DNA from: an uncultured virus (IMG/VR IMGVR_UViG_3300009705_003699)
Lineage: Duplodnaviria; Heunggongvirae; Uroviricota; Caudoviricetes
DNA: 64,000 bases
Reading direction: 5' to 3' (one strand)
IMG/VR virus record: IMGVR_UViG_3300009705_003699
Shown here: one piece after another, positions 20,201-32,700 of the stretch
Layout: each line of letters opens with the position of its first letter
How positions within the stretch are numbered: the first letter of the stretch is position 1
Made by a program: the position numbers and the translations under genes
Notes under the pieces: generated by a model
Database searches by the model: none
What the model saw: only the letters and a program-made list of their open reading frames with translations
What the model was told of the DNA's origin: nothing

Positions 20201-21763
20201 GTCTGTTACGATTCCTACCCTTGATAGCCTCTTATCAAGGCGGGGCTGATATCCCACTCTTTTGGATAAGTTGCTCAACAAATTAGAGAAATCGTTGAAA
20301 AACCAGCCGGCTGGTCTGCTGGCGTCTTGCGGAGAATATGACTGATGATATGCAGATAGCAGTCTCAATATTGAGGGCGACGTTTTATAGGTTTCTATAA
20401 TCCCCTCGAGAGTTTCTATGTTTCGTTTCAGACTATACTGATCCTTTTTTCTATGCTCGTAAACTTTGATCAGGGACTGTATTTGAGAAATTATCGTGTC
20501 ATGATTAACCGGCTCAACAACGTGATATCTCCCATCTAAATTAACTAAAGGTATTTCATCATATGGAGCACCTGTGTTAGAAATATGAAATGTTTCCACA
20601 TATTGTGTTGGTACATTATTATTTTGTAGAATGTGCTCGTACGATATATTGCCAAAGTAGCTATTATATATTGATCTAGGGGTTTCGCCAAGAGTAAAAT
20701 CAAACATGTCAGTATCGACGCCTATTGTTCCGATGAAGAATACTTTATCAGAATTTTTTAGTCTCTGTTCCATTAAAGAATAATCTAAGATTCCATCGTC
20801 GTCGAGGTCATGACTGTATTTCATTCCATATTCAAAAGAGACATTTATATTAGAAATTTGAATTAATTCATTTCCCTCCTGATCGTATACATTTTGAATA
20901 AAGAAGTTTGCTCCATATGGATTAGGTTCACCATCAGTTAAAATATCACGTAATGCAATCTTTCGAGCAAGCATATTGACGCTGTAACTCTCACTTTCTG
21001 ACATGCTTGAATGAGTGCCTCCTAAAAAATATAAATATTGCATTATAAAGTTTTTCATAAACGACCGCTTGACATCGCCGGATTCGAACTTATACGTTTC
21101 TTCGGTACCGTGAGATATATCTGAATACAAGATTTTCTCGGAGTCTAGATCTCCGGTGTTGCCTGTGGCGGGTACGTACCATCCATCGGGGCCCCACCAT
21201 GGACCGGTGGTGCCATGATTACCATAAAATATATAATGCCAAACACATCCGGGATCGTTCATGCCTGCGGCTAGCGTTGATTCGTCTGCATCTGCGTAGG
21301 CGTCGTAGATGGGATCTCCGGAATCGCCGAGCCAATCCTTCCACTCCCGGGCTAGAAAAGAGTCTCTCATATATTCATGAATAATATCAAACCCATAAGA
21401 ATTTGATGAAAAGGTTTCGCGAATTTGCGGTCTAAGCGCAGATTGCAAATCTCTGAGGGAGAGATTCTTGTTTTCTAATTGCTCATTAAGAGTTTCTACC
21501 GAGTTAATGTATGCATATAAATACAGACCGCCTAAATATTCTTTGATCCAGGCTGCGGGATCCTGCATATCTTTAGGTTTCGTTATATTAATTATCAAAT
21601 TTGCTGTTATGATTAGATCAGTGGCATGCCCATAGGAGCTGCCGGTACTTGGGTCTGGACCCTCTGCTCCTCTATTTTCAATAGCTATGGTATTGATCAT
21701 CACCGATGGTAAATATTTTCCGAGGGCGCGCTTGGTACTAAAGTCTAAATTAATCTTTGCCAT
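17201..21763 (-). CDS. Large acidic putative virion structural protein (1520 aa)
   Basis: Long ORF in the tail module; D/E/Y-rich; contains a DLDDDGILD loop. Confidence 0.6.
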   Translation of the reverse strand: MAKINLDFSTKRALGKYLPSVMINTIAIENRGAEGPDPSTGSSYGHATDLIITANLIINITKPKDMQDPAAWIKEYLGGLYLYAYINSVETLNEQLENKNLSLRDLQSALRPQIRETFSSNSYGFDIIHEYMRDSFLAREWKDWLGDSGDPIYDAYADADESTLAAGMNDPGCVWHYIFYGNHGTTGPWWGPDGWYVPATGNTGDLDSEKILYSDISHGTEETYKFESGDVKRSFMKNFIMQYLYFLGGTHSSMSESESYSVNMLARKIALRDILTDGEPNPYGANFFIQNVYDQEGNELIQISNINVSFEYGMKYSHDLDDDGILDYSLMEQRLKNSDKVFFIGTIGVDTDMFDFTLGETPRSIYNSYFGNISYEHILQNNNVPTQYVETFHISNTGAPYDEIPLVNLDGRYHVVEPVNHDTIISQIQSLIKVYEHRKKDQYSLKRNIETLEGIIETYKTSPSILRLLSAYHQSYSPQDASRPAGWFFNDFSNLLSNLSKRVGYQPRLDKRLSRVGIVTDYRAMAINEIYYAPTPKWGDYPTLLWDIGTEGNGSDDFIPSKWARMSRMTLMADIGAGTDFLGFGSDNEQFRQDVWDDILNSGDVSAWLAAGFTMADIETWVEATTAQATLREGGAWIDGDTPSAAIDDMHDPFGLARLKDYDYIVKNSGHFWFDWEKALYTQSNIAQVLQLNKLGRFFRMRVPYKYYPLLECKMTREELNLSLREDGDLGIDDWLDNRRTVILKTVLSGDLPASAGQELSYEVSPISDTSDYAYGFPQKQVSCLRPLGDASDPGAGVYGEDEAGYLDAAPGIYAKSGGGAQGEGHLEGDHISLTTKTEQSYLKFVVADSAVNFSGRMNANAGDTEHAAARDSLIGYGLAPPGVSGSTGYSATPHDSALPLGYRVRNGYRLMGFEYTDLMDDDVAFYNTMAYAASDRFPIRQEALETLNSLGQTNSEYKIEIKVKDKSLGFYTDVFWPFIRDSYNDFYEYYLFAEEFCSFNNLNGQFNKFFVDAINERYAESSEKRWVRGALVATLLKEILYRSFEHAGPASEELMRDLMETEVMKIINNISPEEGNLQALRMFNCRFGKYLLQVNPHADFFREFCAETENSEVYERAIEISGLAEDELDHGATDWDKLRDVEATHNFINYLQIDSVIYGDYLLNAQLEDDVTFGMSGIHPLGIPPAHLYLTSGNPTSPDGGYSNTSSRILVYAHGSAGESGTEGFCSVPSSIIKATDIPGGYLQSGWYYLENLVNVDSDLYKLIEGGADAISHGLSGDTLSKKITTPLLMDLGQASITSSGTGETFDYANAITFPDGTSAEERRFTIEGHIDTHLSLGGTTMFTAEMFKYVCGVGSVHAELFGSGDMEAHTASEYGRFTFCIVSTKTINMYYDRAGSLYPYVIPDPTPDQKHLRLSPFDLDALKGHSLTISLADLIMGDDASDIDMAISGWETASVSDLISADGLWFPNWSNLNIDAYGAHPTLPRMRLGDWRLYRPSFGPDPSFATVYEAEATAPVIP

Positions 21764-21770
21764 TTATTTT

Positions 21771-23696
21771 TTAATCCTCTAAATCTTCGTCTTCACAACT
21801 TTCTTCAAATCCGTATTCCGAATCGTCTATACATATCTCAGGTACGGTAACTGAACCATATATATCATAATACTGAGGCTCAATGTGCTCCTCATCGCAT
21901 TCGAAATCAATATCAACATAATAAGAATTTTTATTGAACGCGTTGGCGCACTGGCATCCTAGTTTTTTATCCATTTTGGAATCAGCCATCACATCAAAGT
22001 AATATTCTACCGTATTTTTATCCATCCCTGTAGTCATTATTGTATCTTTTGAAATTGGATTGGGTGATTTCATAAACCCATCGACGATCTGTTCGGCTGT
22101 TTGGTGAAAATATTTTCTCTCTAATTCTGTTATTTTGTATTCAATACCGTTTTTGAAACCGCTGACGGCGACTTTCGAGGTGCCGGCAGGAGTGTAGGTA
22201 ATCGTTCTGTTTTTGCCGGAGGGGCTTGTTAGGGTGGCTATCAAGCTCTTGTTTCCGGCTTCGTCGCCAAGAGTTATCGTGGTACTCGCTTGAACTACGG
22301 GAGCAGTCGCGGGGACATCAGCGCCTGGGATCCAGCATTTATGAATATCAGTGCCAAGTTGAGCATATACCCACGAGTATCTGCTGCATCGACCTTTATT
22401 CCAATCCTTGCTCATCAGCGGTCCGAGGTCGTCTCCATCGCCGTCGGTGCCGAAGTTTGCCGATGTTGGGTATCCTTCTCCTCTCGTTCCGTACTCGTTG
22501 TTTATGGCTGATATCAAGTTGTAGAGGGTGCCATAGCGGTTTTGGAGAGGGACGCCTTCTACGGTATTTGCAGCAGATATGACAACCGCAACGGTGTCTG
22601 TGGCGGTCGGGGGCGTAGTGCTGAGGCTGTCTTTTATAAATTCAAACTTTCTAGTATTTGTGCCATCGCTAATTTCTATTATATCCCCGACAGATGGGGT
22701 CACATTTGGATTGAATGCTATTGTTCCAATCGAATCTCTATTAACTCCTGCCTCTTCATTCATTCTAAAGACTTCAATATCGAAATTTTCTGTCAGTAAC
22801 TCTGTATTGATTTCGTCGGCGTAGATTACCAGATCGTGGTTTTCTAGTCTTATGACATTTCCATCGGCAAACGGAGGAGTTTCATTTAGAGCTACTGGTA
22901 TCTCATTAGCCCACATGACTGACTTGGGTGCATCTACTATTTTCTTATAATAAAGATCTATATTTAATTGTGGGATATTATATTCTTTTCCGCTTAGTGT
23001 GTCTTTGTGCGCGTTTGGAATATAAACCGCTGTATCTTTCTGTGTTGATTTGATAATCTCGCCTTGACAAGCAACAACTTTCCATGCCGGTGCCGACTGA
23101 GTATGTTTTCCATCAAATTTGGCGTCACCGATTGCAGAGTCAAATTGAAAAACGTCTGGGCGCGGGATATGTTTGGATGCTTCGATATCCAAATCAAACA
23201 TGGATGTTGTGGTTTTCTTCCTCCAGGTCTTGGTGCCGAGGGCCATGAGACCACCATCGTGTATTTCGAAAGTATCATAGAAATCGTCCTCGTGCTCATA
23301 TTTGTCAAGGAAGGCGCCTAGCGCGCCCTCGGTATACCCGCTGTAGCCTTCCATTTTTATAGCCCAGTAAGCACCAAGGGCGAGATGCTCTTCTTCTCGA
23401 AGAAAGGTGCTGCTGGGTACTGTATTCTCCAGTTCTTCGAATGACAGTATCCCCTCAAGATATTGAGTCTTGTTCTTTATTCGATCGTGAATTTCGTTTT
23501 GCTGTTCTGACGGTATTACCTGATTTGCTAAATCTGTCATGTATGGATCAGTCGCATAGCTAATATCATAAATCACCCCATTATCATAGAATGCATAATA
23601 TGCCGGCTTAAAACTACCCACAGATAACTTATGTTTTCCATAGGGGGTCAATTTAAAGTCTATTGCCCTCTCTTTTTTGTCTAAAAATTTAGCCAT
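21771..23696 (-). CDS. Putative baseplate/tail structural protein (641 aa)
   Basis: N-terminal LTPYGKHKLSVGSFKPAYYAFYDNGVIY is related to the LTxxG(R/K) N-termini at 10818 and 11987; Cys/acidic C-terminus. Confidence 0.6.
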   Translation of the reverse strand: MAKFLDKKERAIDFKLTPYGKHKLSVGSFKPAYYAFYDNGVIYDISYATDPYMTDLANQVIPSEQQNEIHDRIKNKTQYLEGILSFEELENTVPSSTFLREEEHLALGAYWAIKMEGYSGYTEGALGAFLDKYEHEDDFYDTFEIHDGGLMALGTKTWRKKTTTSMFDLDIEASKHIPRPDVFQFDSAIGDAKFDGKHTQSAPAWKVVACQGEIIKSTQKDTAVYIPNAHKDTLSGKEYNIPQLNIDLYYKKIVDAPKSVMWANEIPVALNETPPFADGNVIRLENHDLVIYADEINTELLTENFDIEVFRMNEEAGVNRDSIGTIAFNPNVTPSVGDIIEISDGTNTRKFEFIKDSLSTTPPTATDTVAVVISAANTVEGVPLQNRYGTLYNLISAINNEYGTRGEGYPTSANFGTDGDGDDLGPLMSKDWNKGRCSRYSWVYAQLGTDIHKCWIPGADVPATAPVVQASTTITLGDEAGNKSLIATLTSPSGKNRTITYTPAGTSKVAVSGFKNGIEYKITELERKYFHQTAEQIVDGFMKSPNPISKDTIMTTGMDKNTVEYYFDVMADSKMDKKLGCQCANAFNKNSYYVDIDFECDEEHIEPQYYDIYGSVTVPEICIDDSEYGFEESCEDEDLED

Positions 23697-23704
23697 CTTC
23701 TAAA

Positions 23705-26700
23705 TTACTTGCCCTTTTTTAACAGGATATCAACGTCCATCTTAATTAGTTCAACAAAAGATAAGTAATCGTAGGGCCAATTATAGCGGATTTGATATTC
23801 CTTAGCCTTTTTGCTCTTGTTCACAATTTGAGATGTGGCGCCGCCAGCCTGATCTGGCATGAGATCATAATAATCCGCTTTAGCTCTTTGTTTAACTTTA
23901 AAGAGCATCCACCTTAAGTTCTTTTGAGTAAGGATCTCTTTGTTGATTAGCTCGCTATTGTTCAACTTATGACCACACGAGTCGCTCTGGAAGCTGATCT
24001 TCTCATAATCGCGTGGTGCGATATTCTGCCATATATAAGACAAGTCATCTTTATCAAATTCATATTTAAACTCGAACACATACATCGCAAAAGGATCAAT
24101 ATTTGGATTGTGTAAGAAGTCAAACTCCGGAGGAAATACATACTTTTTCAATTTAGATTTCAACTTAGCAATAGAGGCGCCTTGCTTTGCTATGGGGTTT
24201 CCTTGCGCGCCATGGCGGTCACCTACGCGCTGAGGGGGGATTGAAATAAATTTCTTCTTTGTTTTCCAGATAGCAGCATCTGCGGGAATTTCATTCGCGG
24301 CGGACTCTTCTAAACGCTCTAGGATATAGGGAACAGCAACGATTGCTTCCCGGACCACAAATTTTTCTTTTAAGTTCCCTAGACGCTTTGAAGAGTTACC
24401 TCGGTCGAATCCACACAAAGATGAAAGAGATTGAACCTTTTTGTGGAGGGCGGGTCCGGATCCCGTATTGTAGTTGTTATATACACTATTTTTTTGATTA
24501 ACGAGATAGTGATTTTTGAGCCATTGGGGTGGTATATCTCCAATTTCCATAAACACTCCTGTCTCGGCTTTATCTGGAATAGTACCAAATTGGTGCCACA
24601 TACCTCTGGCAGTTGATGAGGATGCATATTGAGGTAAAGTCAAGGTTCCGTTAGCGGTACTAATTGGTCTTGGACCGGTATCGCAGAAATTCAACATCGG
24701 AGTTTCAAATTTTGGCTGAATAATCCATCTTGTGCCAACAGTATTGTTCGTTGTGCTTATCACATTACCATTGGATCCATATTTTTGTTCGAATATTCTC
24801 TCAACTCCAAATATATTTAGACTAGCAGTTGCTTGCATTGAATTCGCATTTATTCTGTATCCATCATATACTGATGGAATTGTTTTATCGCCGGCGGGGG
24901 TTATGGCGTTTGGCTTCGAAGAGGAAGCGGCAGACCAGACGGGAATCAGCGATGGCTGAGCCGAATTAGGTCCAGATCGAGGAATCGAATATCCAGGATC
25001 AAATCGCCAGCACATTGTCTCAGTTTCTGCTAAAATCTTCTCTAGGTCGTAACTAACGGACGCAGATGGTTTAAAAATCAAGTCTATCCAGGCTTCTCCG
25101 TTTTGGTATGGCGGGGTGAATGCTGGATTATATCCAGAAAAGCTATCTTTTGCAACTTTCCTGAATGGGTTTTTTGCTGCGTGGGCGCCGGTTGGGCGGC
25201 CGGCAAACGATGGACCAAACGCAGTCGGTCTGCTATACATTGTAAATGTTTCTTTGAATACACTTCCTGTCGGGTCTTGCGGGATGGGGTACCCTGAACG
25301 AGTTTTTCTACCGTTTTTGTTTGTCGCCCGGGCGCCATAACGAGTGTAGTAACTTTTGTTAGATCCTCCATAGGGCGCATTGTTGAAAGAGTCGGTCTCT
25401 TTATCATACATTCTCTTTCCGTTGTGAGACCTTCTCAATTTTATTCTAGACATGTAAACGGAGCCCTTCTTAAACTTGAGGTTCGTTGCCACTGTTTCAG
25501 ATTTTAATTGTGTAAAGCCGGCACCCTCGAGAAAGAACTCACCTACACCAGCGAAGAAGTTTCTTGCCATTAGTGAATAAACATCATCTCCCATATCATT
25601 CATAGAGCCTGTGACAACTTCCGAGAAGGCGCCATTTTTAGATAATTTAACTGCCAGACTCATAGATGGGTGTGATTCCATATCCAACAATCCCATATTA
25701 GTTATGTGCTTTCTGGGATCCACCATAGCTTCGAATGGGATCCTTTGATCCCACCATTGTCCGCTATAATATCCGTTTGCTGCTTGCTTCAGAGTTGTCG
25801 AGCCAGTTATGGTGGCTGCGTAATTATTAAGTGGGGCGCCGGGTCCAGAAGAACCGATGCCCCCATGAAAGTACTCTCTTGTAATTTTATCCGGATCTGT
25901 TATAACAGGATAGTCTACGGCTATTCCTGACTTGATAGAATTATATAAGATGCCCGGCGAGAACAGAGGATCGAAAAGAGGTTTCAGCAAGCCTCCAACG
26001 TTATTGAATACATTGGTGCCATAATAAGTTGCATATTTGCTTTTCACTGCTATTGAATTTTCAAATGAATTTTTAAATTGCGCTACCAACTGTTGTGTTC
26101 TTTGTGCCGGATAGAATCCTTTGTATGGATTATATTTAATTGCTGCGCTACAATTAAGGCGAATTTCGCTAGCGTCCAGCAATGTCTCACTCTTGACCCC
26201 AAGAAAGTCTAAGAAATCGGTATTGGAATAATCCAAATAGAAGTCTTTTTGAGAGCTGCTAAATTGTGTTCCTGGAATGGAAAATGTGTTTTGCTTGTAT
26301 TTGTTGGCTATGCCATACTTATAATAATCTTCAACATGCTCGCTTATTCTATATTCCGGAATTATTGAATAGCCGCGAGACTTCAATTTCAAATCTGCAT
26401 TAAATGAGGTGTAATCGTTAAACCACGGATTAGATGCTGTGACTCTAAATATTGAATTGTGTAAAGTACCTGCTTGCGTGGCAGCTTCCCATAGCGCCTC
26501 ACCGCCGAGAATATCAATTTGGTTGGCAGATTTGAATGAGGCTGTAACATGTTTCTTCCAGATTCCTGGCGCCTCGGGCCCCTGCGGAGACACGACGGAA
26601 CGAGGGGAACCAAGAGCATGCTTGCGAGCGTAAAGTGCCGCAGGGAACATATTCTGACCGGTTGAATTATTGCCGGGACAGGTAAGGTAGGCAAAGTATG

Positions 26701-29700
26701 TATTCTGAAGTTCACCGGCTTTGGTTTCATTCTTATTAAAATTATCGACCTTAGATATAATTCTACTTCGAGTTAAAAAGTTAACCGGTGCATCTAACAC
26801 CCAGCTGCTTTGTTTTACATCGATATTAAAGGAGTTATTAAAGGTATCGCCAACTGTTATTCTGTCGGCTGACAAGTTTCTCCAGAATTTATTATCATAG
26901 CCAATTCTTCTTGTTGATTGAGACAGTGCTTCATTTCTAGTAGACGGAAAAACATTTTGAGTATACAGGACCCAATTTAGTCGACGACCGGCGCGGCGGC
27001 TATAGTTTAAAAGATGTCTAAGAGGGGAGTATGCGTCTCGAGGATCTACATTTGTTAGGTTATTTAATTTAGTTTCATTGAAGAATATCTTTTCATTTGT
27101 GCTCGTAATTCTATATGTGTTATTTACCATTCTAGATTTTTGATTATTGATATTGCTTGGTCGATGAGTTCCGATACAGACATGTGCAGGTCGACCTTTG
27201 AATGATACAGGGGGTAAGTCGTATCTGACGATAGGACTATTAGCGCTCTCAACGGTTGACAGCTTATTTTCTTTTCTCTCTTTGATTAATATTTTACTAT
27301 CTCTCTGCCTAAATTTTTGCCAGCCCCAGCCGTAGGTTGCCTGTCTTTGACTAAGTAAGTTATTTAAATACCAGGCGCGCTTCTTCACTGCAGGAGTATT
27401 GGCCGCTAATGTTCCGATGAGGGACGGGTTAAAATATTTATTTGTATCTTGTGTTGCGGGATATCCCAATGTATTTGTTGACGACGAGACAGGATCTTCA
27501 ACAACAATATTCAATCTATTTATTGGCTGATAATAATCGTTGATCGTGGCTTGCGATGCACTAACGATGTTGTAGAACGATTCCAGACCGCCTGGCGCAG
27601 AGGAGGAGCGGTATGGCATCATCGAGCCGCGAGTTGTATTTTGAAAGCTAGAATATTTTAAGTCAGATACCTTTTCGATCGTCCTGTCAAGCCACATGTA
27701 TTGTCTTGATGCTCTGGGTATTTGATGTTGTACATAGAGATTATCATACTGCAAAGAGTTCGAAGTATAGGTGTTTGTCTCCTTGTAGTATCGTAGATCT
27801 CCGGTGCAACCGTCCGGCGGTGTGACCGTATTGAGGGCGTTATAATTCATATTGGCGCGCTCTGTGGTACCTGCACGGATTGCAAAGTTGTTGTTGCCTT
27901 TTACATCAAAGAATACGGATTTCGATGCAGGCGGAAAGTTTCTGGCTAAATTAGTGGCGCCGGATGAGGTTAATTGAGAATCACTCGTGGGGGCAGTGGA
28001 TGCGTCTCCCAACCGGAGCCACGTAACGAGGCTCGCAGTCGCCGGGGCATATGAGCTTGTTAAGTTAACTACCTTTCCGCTGCAGTACATTTTTGATATA
28101 TCTGCGGCTGTAAGGACGCTGCTGTGGATACTTGCTTCATCGAGGGTTGAACCAGTTAAGACGCGGTATCCGTTGCCTCCTCCTCCCCAGAGACCTCCAA
28201 TTCTGCTGTGTCCCGGGATCTTGTCGGTGACTGTGGGCATCGTGGCTGCAGGTTGCTGTGGCGAGGAGCCGCCCATAGATATTGATTGAGACACTCCGTT
28301 TAAGTAAAGAGTCGGAAGATTCGCGGTAGAACTTCCATCATAAGTAACCGCAATATTTTGCCACGTATTTACTGAGAATGCTGTATCGAGTTGCCAATAT
28401 CCATTATTTCCTCCGATATGTTGCACTTGGAAAAATGGCTTGAAATCGCTAGTGACACCCAGAAGAATTGTGGGAGAACCGTTCGGTAGCGAAGTTGTAT
28501 TATAGTCGTCTCCGATGGACATTAAACAGCGAGTTTGACCGTTATTTGAATTATAGCTTCGATACATCCAGATTCCCATAGAAATCCCGTTTGCAAAATC
28601 AGTAGAGAAGGATCCCGATTTGATTAAAGACTCGGACCGATCATCATTGTCGCCTGACCACCCGAACGATAAGCCTTTTGTGTTGGTAAGAGGCTTAGCA
28701 ATCTCGTATACGGGCGTGAGAGTTGTATTGGTTATCCGAACTATTTGTTTTGGATTGCGATTAATCTTGTGAAAGCCGGGAAGCTGATCGTAAGTGGCGC
28801 CGGGATTCTTAACATGCATCGAGTCGCGACCAAAGCGCGCAGTGTGGCGGGCATAGTGGGCATCTAAGCCGTAATCCTTACCGTGTAGGTCGGATACACG
28901 AGAGGTTGAGGGTGTTGCCCCGGGGGGTTGTGAAAACGTCCCAGAGGGTCCTTGCCAGGGCTTTAATACTCTTAGGTTTCTGAATGTCAGGCAGTTGTAG
29001 GGGGAATATGAGTCTGACTTGAAATCCAAATATCCATTAGTCATCGTTTCTATACCGCCAGGTGCCGAGAACTGATTTGTTATAATTGTTCTATTTGTTG
29101 TTCCCGTTAGGTAGCCGGTATCATAATCATCCACAAACGTGAAATGATTGTTGGTACCGCGGTGGACATCCAAAAGGGTTCGTACGTTTGTTGTGTGTCT
29201 GACTTCTTTAAGTTGTTTAGGTAGCCTGGGCTGTTTTTCAATAAATTGGCGAGGATTATCATACGCGCCGAACGAGTGTACCACTTCGTAGTTATTCTGA
29301 TAATTTCCTGCGACTGTTTTTGTCTTGGCTGCATTTTTAACATTAATGTTCTTTATGTTAACCGGGCGTTTAGCAGTCATGTCTCGATATAAATAAGCTT
29401 TTTGGTAGGGCTGATATGGATAGCCGCGCTCGCCGGCAGCCACTTGAAGGCTGGGGGGAGGATAATCTGGGCCAACCATACCAATCGCGCCTGTCGGATT
29501 GGGACTGCCGGCGCATGTACCCAGCAAGATTCTCCAAGCTTCCGGGCGCGTGTTGGGCTTGTCGCTTCCCAGGTTTATACCTATGTGGCGAGCTTGCAAA
29601 CCTCCGACCACATTATCAGTAAATGGTCCCTGCATTGGGACCTCCATCAAATCTCCATACGCATCATTGTGGAGATTTGTTATTTCAATTCCAAGGCTTG

Positions 29701-32700
29701 CTTGTTCTATAACTGACTTGTTATACCCGGTCTTGTTCGATGAGCTAAAAATATTGAAAGGGAAGGCTACTGTAGATTTAACATTGCTATATGATAATCC
29801 GTCGTCCCAGTTTCGACCATGGTTGACCTTAAAGACTCTTCTTTCTTTCTTTATAAATTCTTTTGGAACAGAGGCTGTTTTAAAGTTTTTTACCGGAACG
29901 ACTTCTTTTGTAAACGCCAGCATTACATTTTCGGGAACGAACATATTATTGTCTGTGTTTACCGGTCCGGCTGGTCGAAGCGCGTTCATCGTAAATTCAA
30001 TATTCTTTGTGGGGGGGAAGTTAACACCTCCTCTGATCCTTTGTATTTGCTTGTTTTTGCTTTTATTACTTTGATGGGATAGATCTAAAGATAGCCTAGT
30101 GATCTGCATAAAGTTGCTTTGTTGGAACTTGTCGTAATCATAAGACTCAAGATCTTCGGTATATACTTTAATCTTTTTCGAGGCTGAATAGTGCGGGACT
30201 GAGTTTACTGTATCTCTGATCTTATTTCTTTGAGCATCTATTACAGCGTTATTTGAAGTGATCTCACTAGCGCCTCTATCGGCTCTCTTGGACCAAAAGG
30301 TTATATTCTTATTGGTGGGGCGGGGAGACATTGGAGGTGGAACAATCATATCAGTAATGTCTATCATTTTCTCTCCGAATGCAAATACGTGACCATCTGG
30401 CTTTGGCGCCAAACTTTCATCGATGTCGTTCATCCTGGTTTGATATTTGTTTCTTTCAAGAACGTGGCTCTCTACTACATTCAACACATCATCTATAAAT
30501 TCAGAAGACAGTGGGACAAGTTGTCCGATAATCTCGCTTAAAGCATCATCAAACCACTTGTAATATTCCATATAACTTTCTACGTGGGCGATATTTTTAA
30601 CACGTCGGAAGAAAGCATTCCTTAGTTTCTCGATTTCTTTATAGTCTTGTCGATATCTATTGACGGGGGCGCCGATGAGATTGTGGAAGTCGGTCACTCC
30701 AGCAAAGAAGTCGAGCATCTCTTCAGAAATTGCATTGTAAAGACTCTTTTCTATTGAGTATATATAATTTGGAACAATTTCTTCTCTTCTCAGGTTTGGA
30801 AACATGACGTCTTCGTCTGAAAATATCTGCACCATATCCGATGATACTGCTTGTTCCGGGTTGATAAATTTGTACTTATTGATCTGGCGCTTATCAACCA
30901 CGTCAGTTGAGGACAGATCAAATCCGTATGCATAGCCGGGATATCTGTGCTGGGATATTCTGCCTGCCCAGCCGGCGGATCCATAGTCTCCTGTTTGTGT
31001 AACACCGGTACCTTTTTCCCAAATAGATCCAGAGCTAAAATCTTGAACGGTAAAGTTTCCGCCGGCAGATGAAGCTGTCACATTATTGAAATTCCAGTGC
31101 AGCGCCAACATATCGCGATTTAATATATTCTGGTTTAGACTGCCGCTGGTTACAGCAACATTTGCAGCAATCGGTTCATTAGAGCCTGAGATACCAACGT
31201 TTTCAAAGTCTAGCGCGTGCTTATGTAGGTTATTCTTTTCTAGATATTTGGTCCAAAACGTTAGCGATGAGACCAGCACATCGCTTCGTGATTTGAGTTC
31301 TCCGATTACGTCTTTTCTTTCGGCGCCGACATATAATCTTTTTCTTGTTTCGATTAATCTGCGTCCGATCTGAGTTGGAAGTTCTTTTTTCACAGTGAAA
31401 GAATTTGCCACATCTGCATTTCGCGGATTGATTCCTGTGAAGATTATTTCATACTTTTCTCGGTTGCTGGCGCTGGATCCAGTAGTGACAAAGTAAGCGT
31501 TAGGATAGTCTACTGGTTTTACTCTAACTGACAAGTTCCAAGGCTCGTTATCGTAGGCATTTAAGAAAAGACTACTTGTAAGAACAACACTCATGGCGTC
31601 TTCATTCACAGAATCGTGAAGCGATGCCGATAACATGAAGCGGGCATTTCTTGAGCCAACCTCGTCTTTGACCGTGTAGATATGGAAATTAGCATAATCG
31701 TCTTCCCATTCAGCTTTGGCAAGATTTGTTCCTCTGATGCTGGTCTGGCTGCCGGATTTAACCGTGACTGAACCAAATATAGAACATGTTTTAAATCTCG
31801 GATTTCGCGTGAAGGCGCTTTTTTGGTGATCAAAATAAGGCAACATCACGTTAGCTTCGCACGTAAATCCAAATGGCTTTTGCTTACGAGAGCCGGGGAT
31901 GGATCCAGACACGGTAAGATCATTTAGTCCACTAATTGAAGAGCTTCGTTGATACACAACACCGGCAGCATTTTCGCGTTTATTAAAATTCAAAAATGAA
32001 TTTTCTAATAATTGTTGTCTTAGATTATCTCTTAGGACAAATTCTTCATTGTTTGAGTTTACGGTTAGTCTCAATAAGTTTTCATCTATATTGAAACATT
32101 TAAATATGTTTTTAATAGATCTCTCGGTACCCTTGCTTTTGAAGATATCCGTTAAGTTATTATAAAGATTGATATAAATTAGATTCTTTGTATTGTGGAG
32201 ATCATTCTCAAATAGAGAATCTGAATTTCTGTTTAAGAATTTCTCCATAACAGTTGAATCGATGAACAGGTCGGGAGAATACAATCCCAGAGATTGGGGC
32301 AGATGCTTCGCAAATGAGATTGGCTTGTTAGACGAGCTGACATAGTTTAACTGCCTTAATTTTGGAATCTCAGAGATTTGTAAGTACAGCTTGTCAAAAT
32401 AGGCGCCCATGATGTGAGTGATATATGTCAAGTCGGTATTCTGGACTTCTGAATATTGATCTAAAATCCAACCGGGGACCAAGGATAACACTGATGTGTG
32501 GTTTCCGTAATCGTGTGACGAGCCAGTAAATTCAAGCTGCGTTTCTAGGTGCATCACCTTTGGGTTGTTGGTTCGAACTATTGGATCTAGATATTCTTTC
32601 TTTGCCGCATTGCTTAAAACAATGGCGGATCCTGTAAATCTAGAATTGGCCGTATATCCGGTCCATTTACCATTCGTCACGCGCCCCGCGTAATCTAAAA

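Noticed and set aside
22630..22700. GDIIEISDGTNTRKFEF segment resembling repeats of large bacterial surface proteins, as a host clue
   Set aside because: A single short copy recognised only from memory; it cannot be supported without a profile search.
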